Assembly (NCBI GenBank): GCA_032654565.1
Contig: JAULAX010000007.1
Location: 32,001-96,000, forward strand
Source: Anaeromyxobacteraceae bacterium
GTDB taxonomy: Bacteria; Myxococcota; Myxococcia; Myxococcales; Anaeromyxobacteraceae
Length of the DNA: 64,000 nt
Direction of reading: 5' to 3'
Part shown: positions 11,284 through 21,270 of the stretch, one piece after another
Layout of the letters: every line of letters begins with the position of its first letter
Position numbering within the stretch: position 1 is the stretch's first letter
Notes under the pieces: generated by a model
The model's database searches: none
What the model was told of the DNA's origin: nothing
What the model saw: the letters and a program-made list of their open reading frames with translations, nothing else
Translations under genes and position numbers: made by a program

Positions 11284-11874
11284 ATGAGCCCGAGGAAGCC
11301 CCGCGCCACCCCCGCCAAGACCCCGCCGCCGTTCGACATCGGCGAGCGGCTGCGCCAGCTCCGGGCCCGGCTCGGGCTCTCGCAGCGGGCCCTGGCGACC
11401 CGGGCTGGCGTCACCAACGGGATGATCTCGCTCATCGAGAAGAACCGCAGCAGCCCCTCGGTGGCCACGCTCAAGAAGATCCTCGACGGCCTCTCCATGT
11501 CGCTGGCCGAGTTCTTCGCGGTGGGGCCGCCCGAGCAGGACAAGCTCTTCTTCCGCGCCGACGAGCTGGTGGAGATCGGCGGCGGCGCCATCTCCTACCG
11601 CCAGGTGGGCTCCAGCCTGCGGGGCAAGGCGCTGCAGCTGCTCCACGAGCGGCTCAAGCCCGGCGCCGACACCGGCGCCGCCATGCTGCGCCACGAGGGC
11701 GAGGAGGCCGGGGTGGTGGTCCGCGGCCAGATCGAGCTGACCGTGGGCGCCGTCACCCGGGTGCTGCGGGCCGGCGACGCCTACGCCTTCGAGAGCAGCG
11801 TCCCCCACCGCTTCCGCAACCTCGGCGGCGAGACCTGCGAGATCGTCAGCGCCTGCACCCCGCCCTCCTTCTAG
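11284..11874 (+). CDS. XRE-HTH/cupin transcriptional regulator (PuuR-like)
   Basis: [27 protein letters not shown]; cupin HEGEEAG and PHRFRN; ends TPPSF. Confidence 0.9.
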   Translation: MSPRKPRATPAKTPPPFDIGERLRQLRARLGLSQRALATRAGVTNGMISLIEKNRSSPSVATLKKILDGLSMSLAEFFAVGPPEQDKLFFRADELVEIGGGAISYRQVGSSLRGKALQLLHERLKPGADTGAAMLRHEGEEAGVVVRGQIELTVGAVTRVLRAGDAYAFESSVPHRFRNLGGETCEIVSACTPPSF

Positions 11875-11885
11875 GACCACCGCCC

Positions 11886-12881
11886 GTGACCTCCCCCCCT
11901 TCATCGCCGCAGGGCGAGCGCCGCCGCACCGCGCTCCGGGCCAGCCTGGCGCTGGCCGGCTCGGCCGCCTGCTGGGGCCTGTCCACCGTGGCCACCAAGG
12001 GACAGCTCGGCGCGGTGCCGCCCATGCCCATGCTGGTGATCCAGCTCTGCGCCAGCGTCGCCTTCCTCTGGACGGCGGTGCTGGTCACCCGCGCCCCGGT
12101 CCGGCTCGACCGGGCGGCGCTGCGCGCCTCGCTGAGCGGCCTGCTCGAGCCCGGACTGGCCCACACCTTCGGCACCGCCGGCCTGGCCCTCACCACCGCC
12201 AGCGCCACCACGCTCATCGCCGCGACCGAAGCCCCGGCCACCGTGCTGCTGGCCTGGCTCTTCCTGCGCGAGCGGATCGGCCCGAAGACCCTGCTGGTGG
12301 CGGCGGTGGCCGGGCTCGGCGTCGGCCTGGTCATCCTGCCGGACCTGGACGGCCTGGGGGGCGGGTCGCTGGCCGGCGACGGGCTGGTCGGCGTGGCCAC
12401 GCTGCTGGCCGCCGTCTACGTCATCGTCTCGCGGCGGCTCATCGGCGGGATGGCGGCGCTGCCGCTGGTGACGCTGCAGCAGACCGTGGGGCTGCTCTGG
12501 GCGGCGCTGGCGCTGCTCGTCGCCGCCGCGCTCGGCTGGGTGCCGCTGGGGCTGGCCGGGCTCTCGCCGCGCACCATCGCCCTGGCCGCCCTGACCGGCG
12601 TGCTCCAGTACGCCGTGGCCTTCTGGCTCTGGCTCATCGGGCTGCGCCACCTGCCGGCCAGCCGCGCCACCCTCTTCCTGGCGCTGATCCCGGTCTTCGG
12701 GGTCGCCGGCGGGTCGCTGGCGCTCGGCGAGCGGCTCGGCCCCACCCAGTGGATCGGCGCCGCGGTGGTGCTGGCGGCGGTGCAGGCGCTGGTTCGCCGG
12801 GAGCCCGACGCGCCGCCCGACCCTCGCGATCCTGCCTCAGCTGACCCACCGTTGAACCTCCAGGGAGAGACCACCACATGA
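11886..12881 (+). CDS. DMT/EamA-family transporter
   Basis: About 10 hydrophobic segments in two EamA repeats (FLRERI, LGERL). Confidence 0.85.
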   Translation: MTSPPSSPQGERRRTALRASLALAGSAACWGLSTVATKGQLGAVPPMPMLVIQLCASVAFLWTAVLVTRAPVRLDRAALRASLSGLLEPGLAHTFGTAGLALTTASATTLIAATEAPATVLLAWLFLRERIGPKTLLVAAVAGLGVGLVILPDLDGLGGGSLAGDGLVGVATLLAAVYVIVSRRLIGGMAALPLVTLQQTVGLLWAALALLVAAALGWVPLGLAGLSPRTIALAALTGVLQYAVAFWLWLIGLRHLPASRATLFLALIPVFGVAGGSLALGERLGPTQWIGAAVVLAAVQALVRREPDAPPDPRDPASADPPLNLQGETTT

Positions 12882-14176
12882 AGAACTGGCAGAAGAACCA
12901 GGAAGTCCAGAAGCGGGCGGAGCGCGTGCTGCCGCTGGGCGTCAACTCCAACTTCAGGTACTGGGGCGAGGGGCTGACCCCCTACGTCAAGCGGGCCAAG
13001 GGCGCCCACCTGTGGGACGTCGGCGGCAACCAGTTCATCGACTACCGGCTGGCCTTCGGCCCCATCATCCTCGGCCACGCCTTCGACGCCGTCGACCAGA
13101 AGGTCATCGAGGAGGTGAAGAGCGGCGTGCTCTTCGCCATGACCGGCGAGCTGGAGATCGAGGTCGCCGAGATGATCGTGGAGATGTGCCCGGCGGTGGA
13201 GATGGTCCGCATGGCCTGCTCCGGCACCGAGGCCACCATGCACGCCGTCCGGGTGGCGCGGGCCTTCACCGGCCGCGAGCTGCTGGTGAAGTTCGAGGGC
13301 AACTACCACGGCTTCCAGGACAACACCCTCTGGAGCACCTACGCGCCGGCCGAGGCCTACGGCAACCGCCGCAGCCCCATCCCCATCGCCGCCTCCTCGG
13401 GCATCCCCCGCGTCCTCGGCGAGAAGATCATCACCTTGCCCTTCAACGACTTCGAGGGGCTGGAGCGGGTGATGCGCACCCACGGCGACCAGGTCGCCGC
13501 GGTGATCAGCGAGCCCTGCCAGGGCAACTGCGGCGCCATCCAGGCCCTGCCGGGCTTCCTCGAGCTGATCCGGAAGCTGACCACCGAGCACGGCGCCCTC
13601 TTCATCCTCGACGAGGTGAAGACCGGCTTCCGCATCGCCAACGGCGGCGCCCAGGAGCTGCTCGGGGTCCGCCCCGACCTCGCCACCTACGCCAAGGCGC
13701 TGGGCAACGGCTACCCGGTGGCGGCGCTGGGCGGCAAGCGCGAGATCATGCAGATCATCGGCCACGGCGTGGCGGTGGGCGGGACCTACACCAACAACAA
13801 GCCCGGCATCGCCGGGGCCTGGGCCACCCTGAAGATCCTCAAGGCCGAGCCGGTCATCGAGACCATCAACCGGCGCGGGACCAGGCTCATCGAGGGGCTG
13901 AAGAAGATCTTCAAGGAGAACGGCATCCAGGCCGTGTTCAGCGGCTTCCCCGGGATGTTCGCCTTCGCCGTCGGGCTGGACGCGGTCACCTGCCAGCGCG
14001 ACTGGGCCAGGAGCGACCGCGACTACCTGCTGCGCCTGGCCGAGGCGGCCATGGAGCGCGGGGTGATGCCGGACTACGACCCCCGCGAGCCCTGGTTCCT
14101 CTGCTACTCGCACACCGAGGCGGACATCGACAGGACGCTCGAGGTCTACGCCGAGATCGTCAAGACGGTGAAGTAG
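12878..14176 (+). CDS. Class III aminotransferase, glutamate-1-semialdehyde aminomutase-like
   Basis: GVNSNFR, SGTEATM, KFEGNYHG, DEVKTGFR, AKALGNG. Confidence 0.88.
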   Translation: MKNWQKNQEVQKRAERVLPLGVNSNFRYWGEGLTPYVKRAKGAHLWDVGGNQFIDYRLAFGPIILGHAFDAVDQKVIEEVKSGVLFAMTGELEIEVAEMIVEMCPAVEMVRMACSGTEATMHAVRVARAFTGRELLVKFEGNYHGFQDNTLWSTYAPAEAYGNRRSPIPIAASSGIPRVLGEKIITLPFNDFEGLERVMRTHGDQVAAVISEPCQGNCGAIQALPGFLELIRKLTTEHGALFILDEVKTGFRIANGGAQELLGVRPDLATYAKALGNGYPVAALGGKREIMQIIGHGVAVGGTYTNNKPGIAGAWATLKILKAEPVIETINRRGTRLIEGLKKIFKENGIQAVFSGFPGMFAFAVGLDAVTCQRDWARSDRDYLLRLAEAAMERGVMPDYDPREPWFLCYSHTEADIDRTLEVYAEIVKTVK

Positions 14177-14234
14177 GTCCGGCCCGCCCCCCGGAGTCGC
14201 CAGCCCGGGGGGCTGCCGGCCGCTCGACGGCCGC

Positions 14235-15488
14235 TCAGGTCGGGAAGCCCCACCCCGCCTTGCGGGTCGCCACCACCTTCATCTTCCGCACCGCGAGCCG
14301 CGCGAAGAACGGCGCGCAGGGGACCGCCACCTCCGGCGGGACCGCCCCGGTGGCGGTGATCTCGCCGGCCGCCAGCATCTGCGCGGCGACGGCCGGCGGC
14401 GAGCCGGTGTCGATGTCGAGGCCGACGCCCCACGCCGGCATGCCGCGGGTGTGGAGGTCGACCACCCAGGTGACCTTCCTTCCCATGGCGAGCCCCTTCA
14501 CGACGGAGCGGACCACCTCGTACTGCCTGAGCGGGCCCACCTGGCGCGCCGGCGGCTGGCTCATGGCCACCCGGTCGACCACGTCGATGGGGCGGACCCG
14601 GGTGCCGGTGAGATCGATCGGCTCGTGCGAGGCCAGCCCCAGGTCGCGCAGGAAGCGGACCTTCTGCAGGAAGTCCGGGTCGAAGGCGATCTTGAAGCTC
14701 ACCTCGCGGATCCCGCGCGCCGCGTAGGAGAGCGGCAGCGTCGCCACCTCGGAGTGGATGGTGTACATGGGCCGGCGCAGCCCGACCGGCGCCGGGAAGC
14801 GGTGCGGCAGGTCGCCCGACATCGGCTCGACGAAGGTGAACCGCCCCCTGGTGAAGACGGCCGGCTCCATGGAGAACTCCTCCAGGATGGTCTTCAGGGA
14901 GTAGGCGACCGGGAGCGCCTGCTGCGGCCGGTAGCGGGTGGCGTCCATGCCGCCGACGCGGCAGTGGATCTCCCGCACCTCGTCGAGCTGCTCGGCCCCG
15001 TGGCGCGCCAGCAGGTTGGTGATCCCGGGCGCCGCCCCCATGCCGAGCAGGGCCACCCGGCCGGCCGCCTTGAAGCGGGCGTCGAGCTCGAGCTGCGTGC
15101 GGGTGACGTGGAAGAGGCCGCCCATGTCGACGTAGTGGGCTCCGGCCGCCAGGGCCGCCTCCATGACCGCCAGGTTGTGCTGGTACTGGACGGCGTTGAT
15201 CACCACCAGCGCCCCGGAGAGCGCGGCGGCGGACCCGGCGGTGTCGCGCACGTCGACGCGGACCGCGCGCAGCCGGGGCCGGCCGGCCCCCTGCAGCGAG
15301 GCCACCAGCGCCTCCGCCTTCCCGAGGTCGTAGTCGGCGACCAGGACCTCGTCGGTGACCGCGCAGGTCTCCACGAGATCGCGGACGGTGATCCGCCCCA
15401 TGGCCCCGGCCCCGCCGACGACGGCGAAGGTGCGGGGGGTGCTCCCGGCCGGCTCGCGCCGCGCCGCCGCCGCTGCACGCCGGCTCAC
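14235..15488 (-). CDS. Saccharopine dehydrogenase-family NAD(P)-binding oxidoreductase
   Basis: GGAGAMG, HYVDMGG, GMGAAPGITN, HSE; GTG overlaps the upstream TGA. Confidence 0.85.
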   Translation of the reverse strand: MSRRAAAAARREPAGSTPRTFAVVGGAGAMGRITVRDLVETCAVTDEVLVADYDLGKAEALVASLQGAGRPRLRAVRVDVRDTAGSAAALSGALVVINAVQYQHNLAVMEAALAAGAHYVDMGGLFHVTRTQLELDARFKAAGRVALLGMGAAPGITNLLARHGAEQLDEVREIHCRVGGMDATRYRPQQALPVAYSLKTILEEFSMEPAVFTRGRFTFVEPMSGDLPHRFPAPVGLRRPMYTIHSEVATLPLSYAARGIREVSFKIAFDPDFLQKVRFLRDLGLASHEPIDLTGTRVRPIDVVDRVAMSQPPARQVGPLRQYEVVRSVVKGLAMGRKVTWVVDLHTRGMPAWGVGLDIDTGSPPAVAAQMLAAGEITATGAVPPEVAVPCAPFFARLAVRKMKVVATRKAGWGFPT

Positions 15489-16969
15489 GTGACCTCCCGC
15501 TGCTTGTTGGGGAACCAGAAGGACTTCACCTCCTGGACGTAGTCGATGTGCACGTGCTTGGGCTCGCGGAAGGCGTCCAGCCCCTCCTCGCCCAGCTCGC
15601 GCCCCACCCCGCTCCAGCGCATGCCGCCGAACGGCCCGGCGTCGTTGTCGGTGAGCGGGTCGTTCACCCAGAAGGTGCCGGCCTTGATGTTGTCCATGGC
15701 GCGCAGGGCCAGCTCCAGGCTGCGGGTGTAGACCACCGCCCCGAGGCCGTAGTTGGAGTCGTTGGCCATGCGGATGGCGTCGTCGGCGTCCTCGGCCACG
15801 ATCAGCGAGATGACCGGGCCGAAGATCTCCTCGGTGGTGGGCAGGCTGCCGTGGCGCACCTCGCCGAGGACGGTGGGGGCGAAGAAGCAGCCCGGCCCGG
15901 GCAGCGGCGCGCCGCCCAGCAGCAGGCGGGCCCCCTGCTCCAGGGTCCGCCGCACCTGGTCGGCCACCCGGGTCACCGCCGCGGCGCTGATGAGCGGGCC
16001 GACGTCGGTGGCGCCGTCGAGGGGGTCGCCCACCACCAGCGTCTTGACGTACTCGACCAGCCGGCGGGTGAACTCCGGGGCGATCTCCTTGACCAGGTAG
16101 ATGCGCTTCGAGGAGGTGCAGACCTGGCCGGCGTTGAGCAGCCGCGCCCAGGCCACCGCCTTCACCGCCACCTCGAGGTCGGCGTCGGCGAAGACGATGA
16201 ACGGATCGATGCCCCCCAGCTCCAGGTTCACCTTCTTGAGCTGCCGCCCCGCCTCGGCGGCGATGTGGCGCCCCACCGCGGTGGAGCCGGTGAAGGCCAC
16301 CAGGTCGACGCCGGGGTGCTGCAGCAGCGCCTCGCCGGCGCCGGCCCCGTCGCCGGTGACCACGTTGACCACGCCGGGCGGCAGCAGCTGGTAGGCCCGG
16401 GCCATCATCAGGTTGGAGAGCGGGTTCTGGTGGGGCGGCTTGCAGACCACGGTGTTGCCGGCGGCCAGCGCCGGGGCCACCTTCCAGGCCATCAACAGCA
16501 GCGGGAAGTTGAAGGGGACGATGGCCGCCACCACGCCGTAGGGCTCCTTGATGGTGAAGTTGAGCTGGTGCGGCGCCACCGGCGGGATGGAGTTGCCCCG
16601 GCTGCTGCGCCCCACCTCGGCGTAGTACTCGAAGCAGGCGGCCACCCACTCGATGCAGTCCATGGCCTCGATGAGCGGCTTGCCGGTCTCGCGCGCCATC
16701 AGCGTGGCCAGCTCCTTTCCCATGTGCCGGATGGCCTCGCCGACCTGGCGCAGCACCACCGCCTTCTCGGCGCCCGGCTTGCGCCCCCACTCGCCCTGCG
16801 CCGCCCGGGCGGCCCGCACCGCCCGGTCGACGTCCTCGGCCCCGCAGTCGGCGGCCAGGCCGAGCAGCGCGCCGGTGGCCGGGTTGCGGATCTCACGCGT
16901 CAGGTTCGACCGCGCCGCCTCCCACCGGCCGTCGATGAGGATGGGGGCGGTCTCGTCGATGCCGGGCAT
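15485..16969 (-). CDS. Aldehyde dehydrogenase
   Basis: PFNFP, FTGSTAVG, LELGG, GQVCTS, EEIFGP. Confidence 0.93.
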   Translation of the reverse strand: MPGIDETAPILIDGRWEAARSNLTREIRNPATGALLGLAADCGAEDVDRAVRAARAAQGEWGRKPGAEKAVVLRQVGEAIRHMGKELATLMARETGKPLIEAMDCIEWVAACFEYYAEVGRSSRGNSIPPVAPHQLNFTIKEPYGVVAAIVPFNFPLLLMAWKVAPALAAGNTVVCKPPHQNPLSNLMMARAYQLLPPGVVNVVTGDGAGAGEALLQHPGVDLVAFTGSTAVGRHIAAEAGRQLKKVNLELGGIDPFIVFADADLEVAVKAVAWARLLNAGQVCTSSKRIYLVKEIAPEFTRRLVEYVKTLVVGDPLDGATDVGPLISAAAVTRVADQVRRTLEQGARLLLGGAPLPGPGCFFAPTVLGEVRHGSLPTTEEIFGPVISLIVAEDADDAIRMANDSNYGLGAVVYTRSLELALRAMDNIKAGTFWVNDPLTDNDAGPFGGMRWSGVGRELGEEGLDAFREPKHVHIDYVQEVKSFWFPNKQREVT

Positions 16970-16972
16970 GGC

Positions 16973-19327
16973 TCACCCCTCCGTGGGCGGCGTCTCCAGC
17001 GACGACCGCAGGTAGACGAACTGGACGCCGCTCTGCATGTAGTTCTCGATGGTCTCCACCACCGTGGCCGTCTTCAGCCAGGCCGGGCCGGCCTCGACCA
17101 CCCGGGCCTCGATGAGCGAGGAGAGCGAGACGAAGCCGAGCCACTCGGCCCGGGCCCGGAAGGCGTCGAGGATCAGCCCCTCCACCTCGGCCTGGTTCTT
17201 CAGCTGCGGGTCGATGGCCACCGCCTGCAGGTAGATGCCGTTGTTGTCGCCGTAGCTGGGGTCGTCGCGGACGCCCAGCTCATCGTGGTTCTCCAGCGGG
17301 CTGCCGATGGCGTAGGCCACCAGCCGGCCGGAGACCCGGTCGCGCAGGCCGACGCCGACGGCGCGCAGGTGGCCGAGCGTCGCCTCCAGCGTCTCCGCCG
17401 GGTACTGCAGCAGCGGCCGGCGGCCGTCGGTGGAGCCGTACTGCTCGTCCTCCAGCTCGTGCACCTGGGGCATGAGCTGCTTGGTGGCCGGGCCGTTCAG
17501 GTCGACCACCTCCAGCGTCCCGAGCGGGATGTCGATGGGGCCGGGGCGGACCTCGGGGCCGTCGGCCACCGTGGCCGGGGCCGGGGCCCCCACCAGCTCG
17601 GCCACCGACTGGCGCAGGATGGTGAGCGCCTCCTGGATGGCCGAGGCCTCCATGTCGTAGCGCGGGTAGAAGCGGAGCGTCCGGTCGCCGGCCGGCAGCA
17701 GGATCAGCCCGTTGCGGAAGGCCCGCTCGCGCAGCCACTCGCGCCAGTCGGCCCGGACCACGTCGATGGCCAGCATGCAGCCCTGGCCGCGGGCGTTCTG
17801 CAGCAGGTCCTTGTAGTCCTTGGCCAGCTGCTCCAGCCCCTGCCGCGCCAGCTCGCCGGTGCGGTTCACCTGCTCGAGGTCGAGCCGGTCCAGGTAGCCG
17901 AGCAGCCGCAGCATGCCGACCGAGTCACCCTCCCAGGTGGTGTTGAACTTCTTCTCCTCCTGGAAGAACGTGGCCAGGTCCTCGCTGACGAAGAGCAGGC
18001 CGTTCTGCGCCTTCTTGGCCCAGACCACCACGTCGGGCGGGCAGGGCAGGTCGAAGAGCTCGTGGGCCCAGAGCTTGCCGGTGGCCCCCCAGCCGGTCTG
18101 CACCTCGTCGAACATCAGCGGCACGTCGTAGATGCGGGTCAGCAGCCGGAGCCGCTGGAAGAAGCTGGCGGAGGCGAACTTCAGGCCGCCCTCGCACTGG
18201 ATGGGCTCGACCAGGACGCCGGCGACCCGCAGGGCGCGCTTGAGCACGGCGGGGTCGATGAGGGCCCGCTGCAGCTCGACGAACTGCTTGACCATGGCCG
18301 GCCAGGCGGACCGGTCGGCGGGGAGGCGGGCCAGCAGCTCGTCGCAGGCCTTGAGCTGCCGCTTGAACTGCTCGAGCGGGCGCGGCGCGCCGGCCACCCG
18401 GCCGGTCACCAGCAGGGTCCAGACCTGCTCCAGGCTCTTCTCGTCGCGCCGCTGGGTGCGCCACTTGGAGCGCGGGTCCTCGACCGGGAAGAGGGCGTGC
18501 GGCCAGTCGAAGGTCGGGAAGCCGAGCCGGGCCTTGCGCTTGTGGGTGGCCGCCAGGCTGCCGAGGGTGCGGCCGTGGAAGGCCCCCTCGAAGGGGATGA
18601 TGAAGAAGCCCTGCTTGTCGGCCGCCGCCTCCGCCTGGCCGGGCTCGGCCGGGGTCATCTTCACCCGGTTGAGCAGGACCGCCTTGATGGCGTTCTCCAC
18701 CGCTTCGGCGCCGGTGTTGACGATGAAGAAGCGCGGGGTCCCGGCCGGGGCGATGCGGCCGAGCGCCGCCTTGATCTGGAGCGACAGCGTCGTCTGGTAC
18801 TCGGAGTGGGCGTAGCGCGAGGCCACGAAGGGCAGGCCGCGCAGCACGCTGGCCACCACGTCGAGGTCGTTCTCGCCGAAGGGCTGGGTGGCGATGAGGG
18901 CGCCGAGGTCCATGAAGCGGTAGGGCTCGCCGTTGGGGTCGCGGTCGACGGTGGCCAGGTAGGGCCCGACGCTCTCGGTGGGGTCGAAGGCCAGGGGGAG
19001 CGAGCTGAAGAGGCCGTTCCCGGCGGCGTCGAGGGCGGCCTGGGTGGCCGGCAGGTCGCGGGCCACCGCCTTCTCCAGCAGGGTCTCGGGGTCGGCGAAG
19101 CGGGGCGGCACCCGCACGTGGATGTCGCCGGCCCGGTAGCTGGCCTGGAGGGCGACGATCCGCTCCAGGTAGCGGTTGGCCTCGACCAGGGCGCTGGGGA
19201 GGGGGTCGATGAACGGGCGAGGCGCGGCGGGCGCGGGGGAGGCCGGCGGCGGCGGGCTGGCCTGGGGACGTGACGGGGTGCTGGTGACGGCGGTGGTGCT
19301 GGCGGTGGTGCTGGCGGTGGGAGTCAT
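16973..19327 (-). CDS. L-lysine 6-aminotransferase-like class III aminotransferase with an extra C-terminal GNAT-like domain
   Basis: GAEAVENAIK, AFHGRTLG, EPIQCEGG, DEVQTG, AKKAQ, NTTWEG; 784 aa; start uncertain because the N-terminus is low-complexity. Confidence 0.8.
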   Translation of the reverse strand: MTPTASTTASTTAVTSTPSRPQASPPPPASPAPAAPRPFIDPLPSALVEANRYLERIVALQASYRAGDIHVRVPPRFADPETLLEKAVARDLPATQAALDAAGNGLFSSLPLAFDPTESVGPYLATVDRDPNGEPYRFMDLGALIATQPFGENDLDVVASVLRGLPFVASRYAHSEYQTTLSLQIKAALGRIAPAGTPRFFIVNTGAEAVENAIKAVLLNRVKMTPAEPGQAEAAADKQGFFIIPFEGAFHGRTLGSLAATHKRKARLGFPTFDWPHALFPVEDPRSKWRTQRRDEKSLEQVWTLLVTGRVAGAPRPLEQFKRQLKACDELLARLPADRSAWPAMVKQFVELQRALIDPAVLKRALRVAGVLVEPIQCEGGLKFASASFFQRLRLLTRIYDVPLMFDEVQTGWGATGKLWAHELFDLPCPPDVVVWAKKAQNGLLFVSEDLATFFQEEKKFNTTWEGDSVGMLRLLGYLDRLDLEQVNRTGELARQGLEQLAKDYKDLLQNARGQGCMLAIDVVRADWREWLRERAFRNGLILLPAGDRTLRFYPRYDMEASAIQEALTILRQSVAELVGAPAPATVADGPEVRPGPIDIPLGTLEVVDLNGPATKQLMPQVHELEDEQYGSTDGRRPLLQYPAETLEATLGHLRAVGVGLRDRVSGRLVAYAIGSPLENHDELGVRDDPSYGDNNGIYLQAVAIDPQLKNQAEVEGLILDAFRARAEWLGFVSLSSLIEARVVEAGPAWLKTATVVETIENYMQSGVQFVYLRSSLETPPTEG

Positions 19328-19598
19328 GGCGGTGCTCGATGCGGGTGGGGCGGGTGGGGAAGGGGCGACGGAGGCGGTGGCGGGCCGGCCGCCCCGTGGG
19401 CGGAGGGCGCCGGCCGGTGCGGGAGAGGGCGGCGAGGGTGGCCCGGGAACGGGCGGGAGCCGAGGCGGCGCGCGTGGTCACCCGGGCCTCCAGGTCGGCG
19501 CGGCCGAGGGGGTCGGGTACGCGGGGTCGACGTGGTCTGGTGGGAGCAGGGTGGTCATGGCGACGGGTCCGGGAGACGGGCCCAATCTACTCTGGGAC

Positions 19599-19614
19599 TG
19601 CACCCGTCATGCCA
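19599..19614 (-). promoter_or_regulatory. Sigma-54 (-24/-12) promoter motif upstream of the lysine aminotransferase-like operon
   Basis: Minus strand TGGCATGACGGGTGCA with correct GG-N10-GC spacing. Confidence 0.6.
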
Positions 19615-19726
19615 TCACCCATCTGGGCTGGCAGCGGATGCATCATCCCAAGTTGCTGCCATCACAGGAGATTATCGGTGGGAGGGGCCCCGGATTTCGA
19701 GCCGACAATGCACGTATGGTGTAGTT

Positions 19727-19740
19727 ATGCGAATTCGCAT
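19727..19740. promoter_or_regulatory. Perfect 14-bp palindrome, candidate enhancer (UAS)
   Basis: ATGCGAATTCGCAT, about 115-125 bp upstream of the sigma-54 motif. Confidence 0.4.
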
Positions 19741-19836
19741 TGACCGAAAATGCGCTCCTGCACGGGCCTGGGCGAGACCCGAAGGAGGGAGAGCCTGGAG
19801 CCCACCAGCGGCCCGGGGAGGGGCCACTCGGGGCCG

Positions 19837-19876
19837 AGAAAAGGAAGGGAGCCGGCCCCGTGAGGAACCGGCTCCC
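19837..19876 (-). terminator. Intrinsic terminator after the pot/porin operon
   Basis: GGGAGCCGG/CCGGCTCCC stem followed on the minus strand by TTCCTTTTC. Confidence 0.7.
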
Positions 19877-19896
19877 AGGTGACGCGTTGCGCTGGT

Positions 19897-21222
19897 CTAG
19901 AAGAAGACGACCACGCCGGTCGAGATCAGCGAGTTGGACTTGAGGTACTTGGGGTCGGCGCCGGTGCCGGTCAGCAGGTCCTTGTTGCCGAAGACCTTCT
20001 GGGTGGCGCCATCGTACCGGTACTCGAGCTTGAAGGTGGCGTTGCTGTCGATGGCGTAGCTCAGGCCGGCGGTGATGGCGTACTTGTTGGCCCCCGTCTT
20101 CCAGGACGGGTCGGTGTAGTCGGGGATCAGGGTGCCGGGGTTGGCCGGATCGTCGATGAAGGCGCCGCCGTTGGCCGGGCCGATGCCGTTGACGGCGTCG
20201 GGCGCGGTCCAGTCGAACAGGCCGCCGCCGTTCTTCTCGTTGGCGATGAAGTCGGCGCGCAGCACGCCTTCGAGGCGGGGGGTGAGCTTGTAGGCGGCCA
20301 GGATCGAGGCGCCATACCAGGAGGCGGTGCGCTGGTCGCCGGTGACCGGATCCGGGGTGATGGCGGCCTTGTCCTGCTGGCCGTAGGAGACCTGGCCGTT
20401 GAGCGTCAGGTCACCGCGGGTGTACCAGACGTCCACCTCGCCGGTGAGCGCCAGGGTGTCCTTGCCGCCGGCGAAGTTGGCCTTCTTGCCCGCCAGGCAG
20501 GCGAAGCCGACGCCCCAGAACTCGCCGCCGGAGTAGTCGCCGCGGCAGACGAAGACCGGGGTGCTCTCGCCGACCTGGCGGATGGGGGCGTTGACGTTGG
20601 CGAGCATCCCCTTGAACACCCACTTGCCGACCGCCTTCTCGATGCCGACGCCGGTGTAGACGTAGGGCAGGGTGAAGTCGAAGAGCAGGTTGTGGGTGAT
20701 GAGCTTGTTCTGGGTGGGCGGCAGGTACTCGTAGCCCGACCAGTCGGGCACCTGGCCGGCGAAGACCTTGCCGCCGATGGCCTCGACCGGGATGGAGACC
20801 GAGGCCTCGTGGACGATGTTGGCCCCGCCGATGAAGTCGCCGGTGGAGCGGGCCGGGATCAGGGTGAGGCGGAACTTGGTGCCGCCGTCGGTCTCCTTCT
20901 GGAGGTCGAGGGCCACCGAGCCGAAGTAGGAGTTGTCGTAGGCGTAGGGCTCGGTCGCGTTGGGCACCAGGAACTGGAACCCGCCGCGCTGCTTGTTGAC
21001 GTTGTAGATGTAGTTGATGTCGGCGTAGCCGGAGATCTTGAGGTTCTTGAAGCCGGAGGCGTCACGGCCGTCCTCGAGCGCCTCGGTCTTGACGGCGATG
21101 CGGTTGAACTCGGCCTGCTGCTCCTCGGTCATGCCGGCCGGCTTGGCGGTCTGGGCGGCGGCCTGGTTGGGGAAGGCGCTGGCCAGCGCCAGTGCCAGGA
21201 TGGTGAGCTTCAGGGTTCTCAT
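19897..21222 (-). CDS. Putative outer-membrane beta-barrel porin (DUF3138-like)
   Basis: Signal peptide; PDWSGYEY and ITHNLLFDF segments; alternating beta pattern; C-terminal Phe; last gene of the pot operon. Confidence 0.72.
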   Translation of the reverse strand: MRTLKLTILALALASAFPNQAAAQTAKPAGMTEEQQAEFNRIAVKTEALEDGRDASGFKNLKISGYADINYIYNVNKQRGGFQFLVPNATEPYAYDNSYFGSVALDLQKETDGGTKFRLTLIPARSTGDFIGGANIVHEASVSIPVEAIGGKVFAGQVPDWSGYEYLPPTQNKLITHNLLFDFTLPYVYTGVGIEKAVGKWVFKGMLANVNAPIRQVGESTPVFVCRGDYSGGEFWGVGFACLAGKKANFAGGKDTLALTGEVDVWYTRGDLTLNGQVSYGQQDKAAITPDPVTGDQRTASWYGASILAAYKLTPRLEGVLRADFIANEKNGGGLFDWTAPDAVNGIGPANGGAFIDDPANPGTLIPDYTDPSWKTGANKYAITAGLSYAIDSNATFKLEYRYDGATQKVFGNKDLLTGTGADPKYLKSNSLISTGVVVFF

Positions 21223-21270
21223 GGGTGCGCTCCTCTGGTGGTGAGTCGGAAGTGGCATGAGGCGTGGTGG

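Noticed and set aside
12878..14176. Assigning the symbol hemL
   Set aside because: GSA-aminomutase-like, but it sits in an amine catabolism context with no tetrapyrrole genes, so the substrate is uncertain
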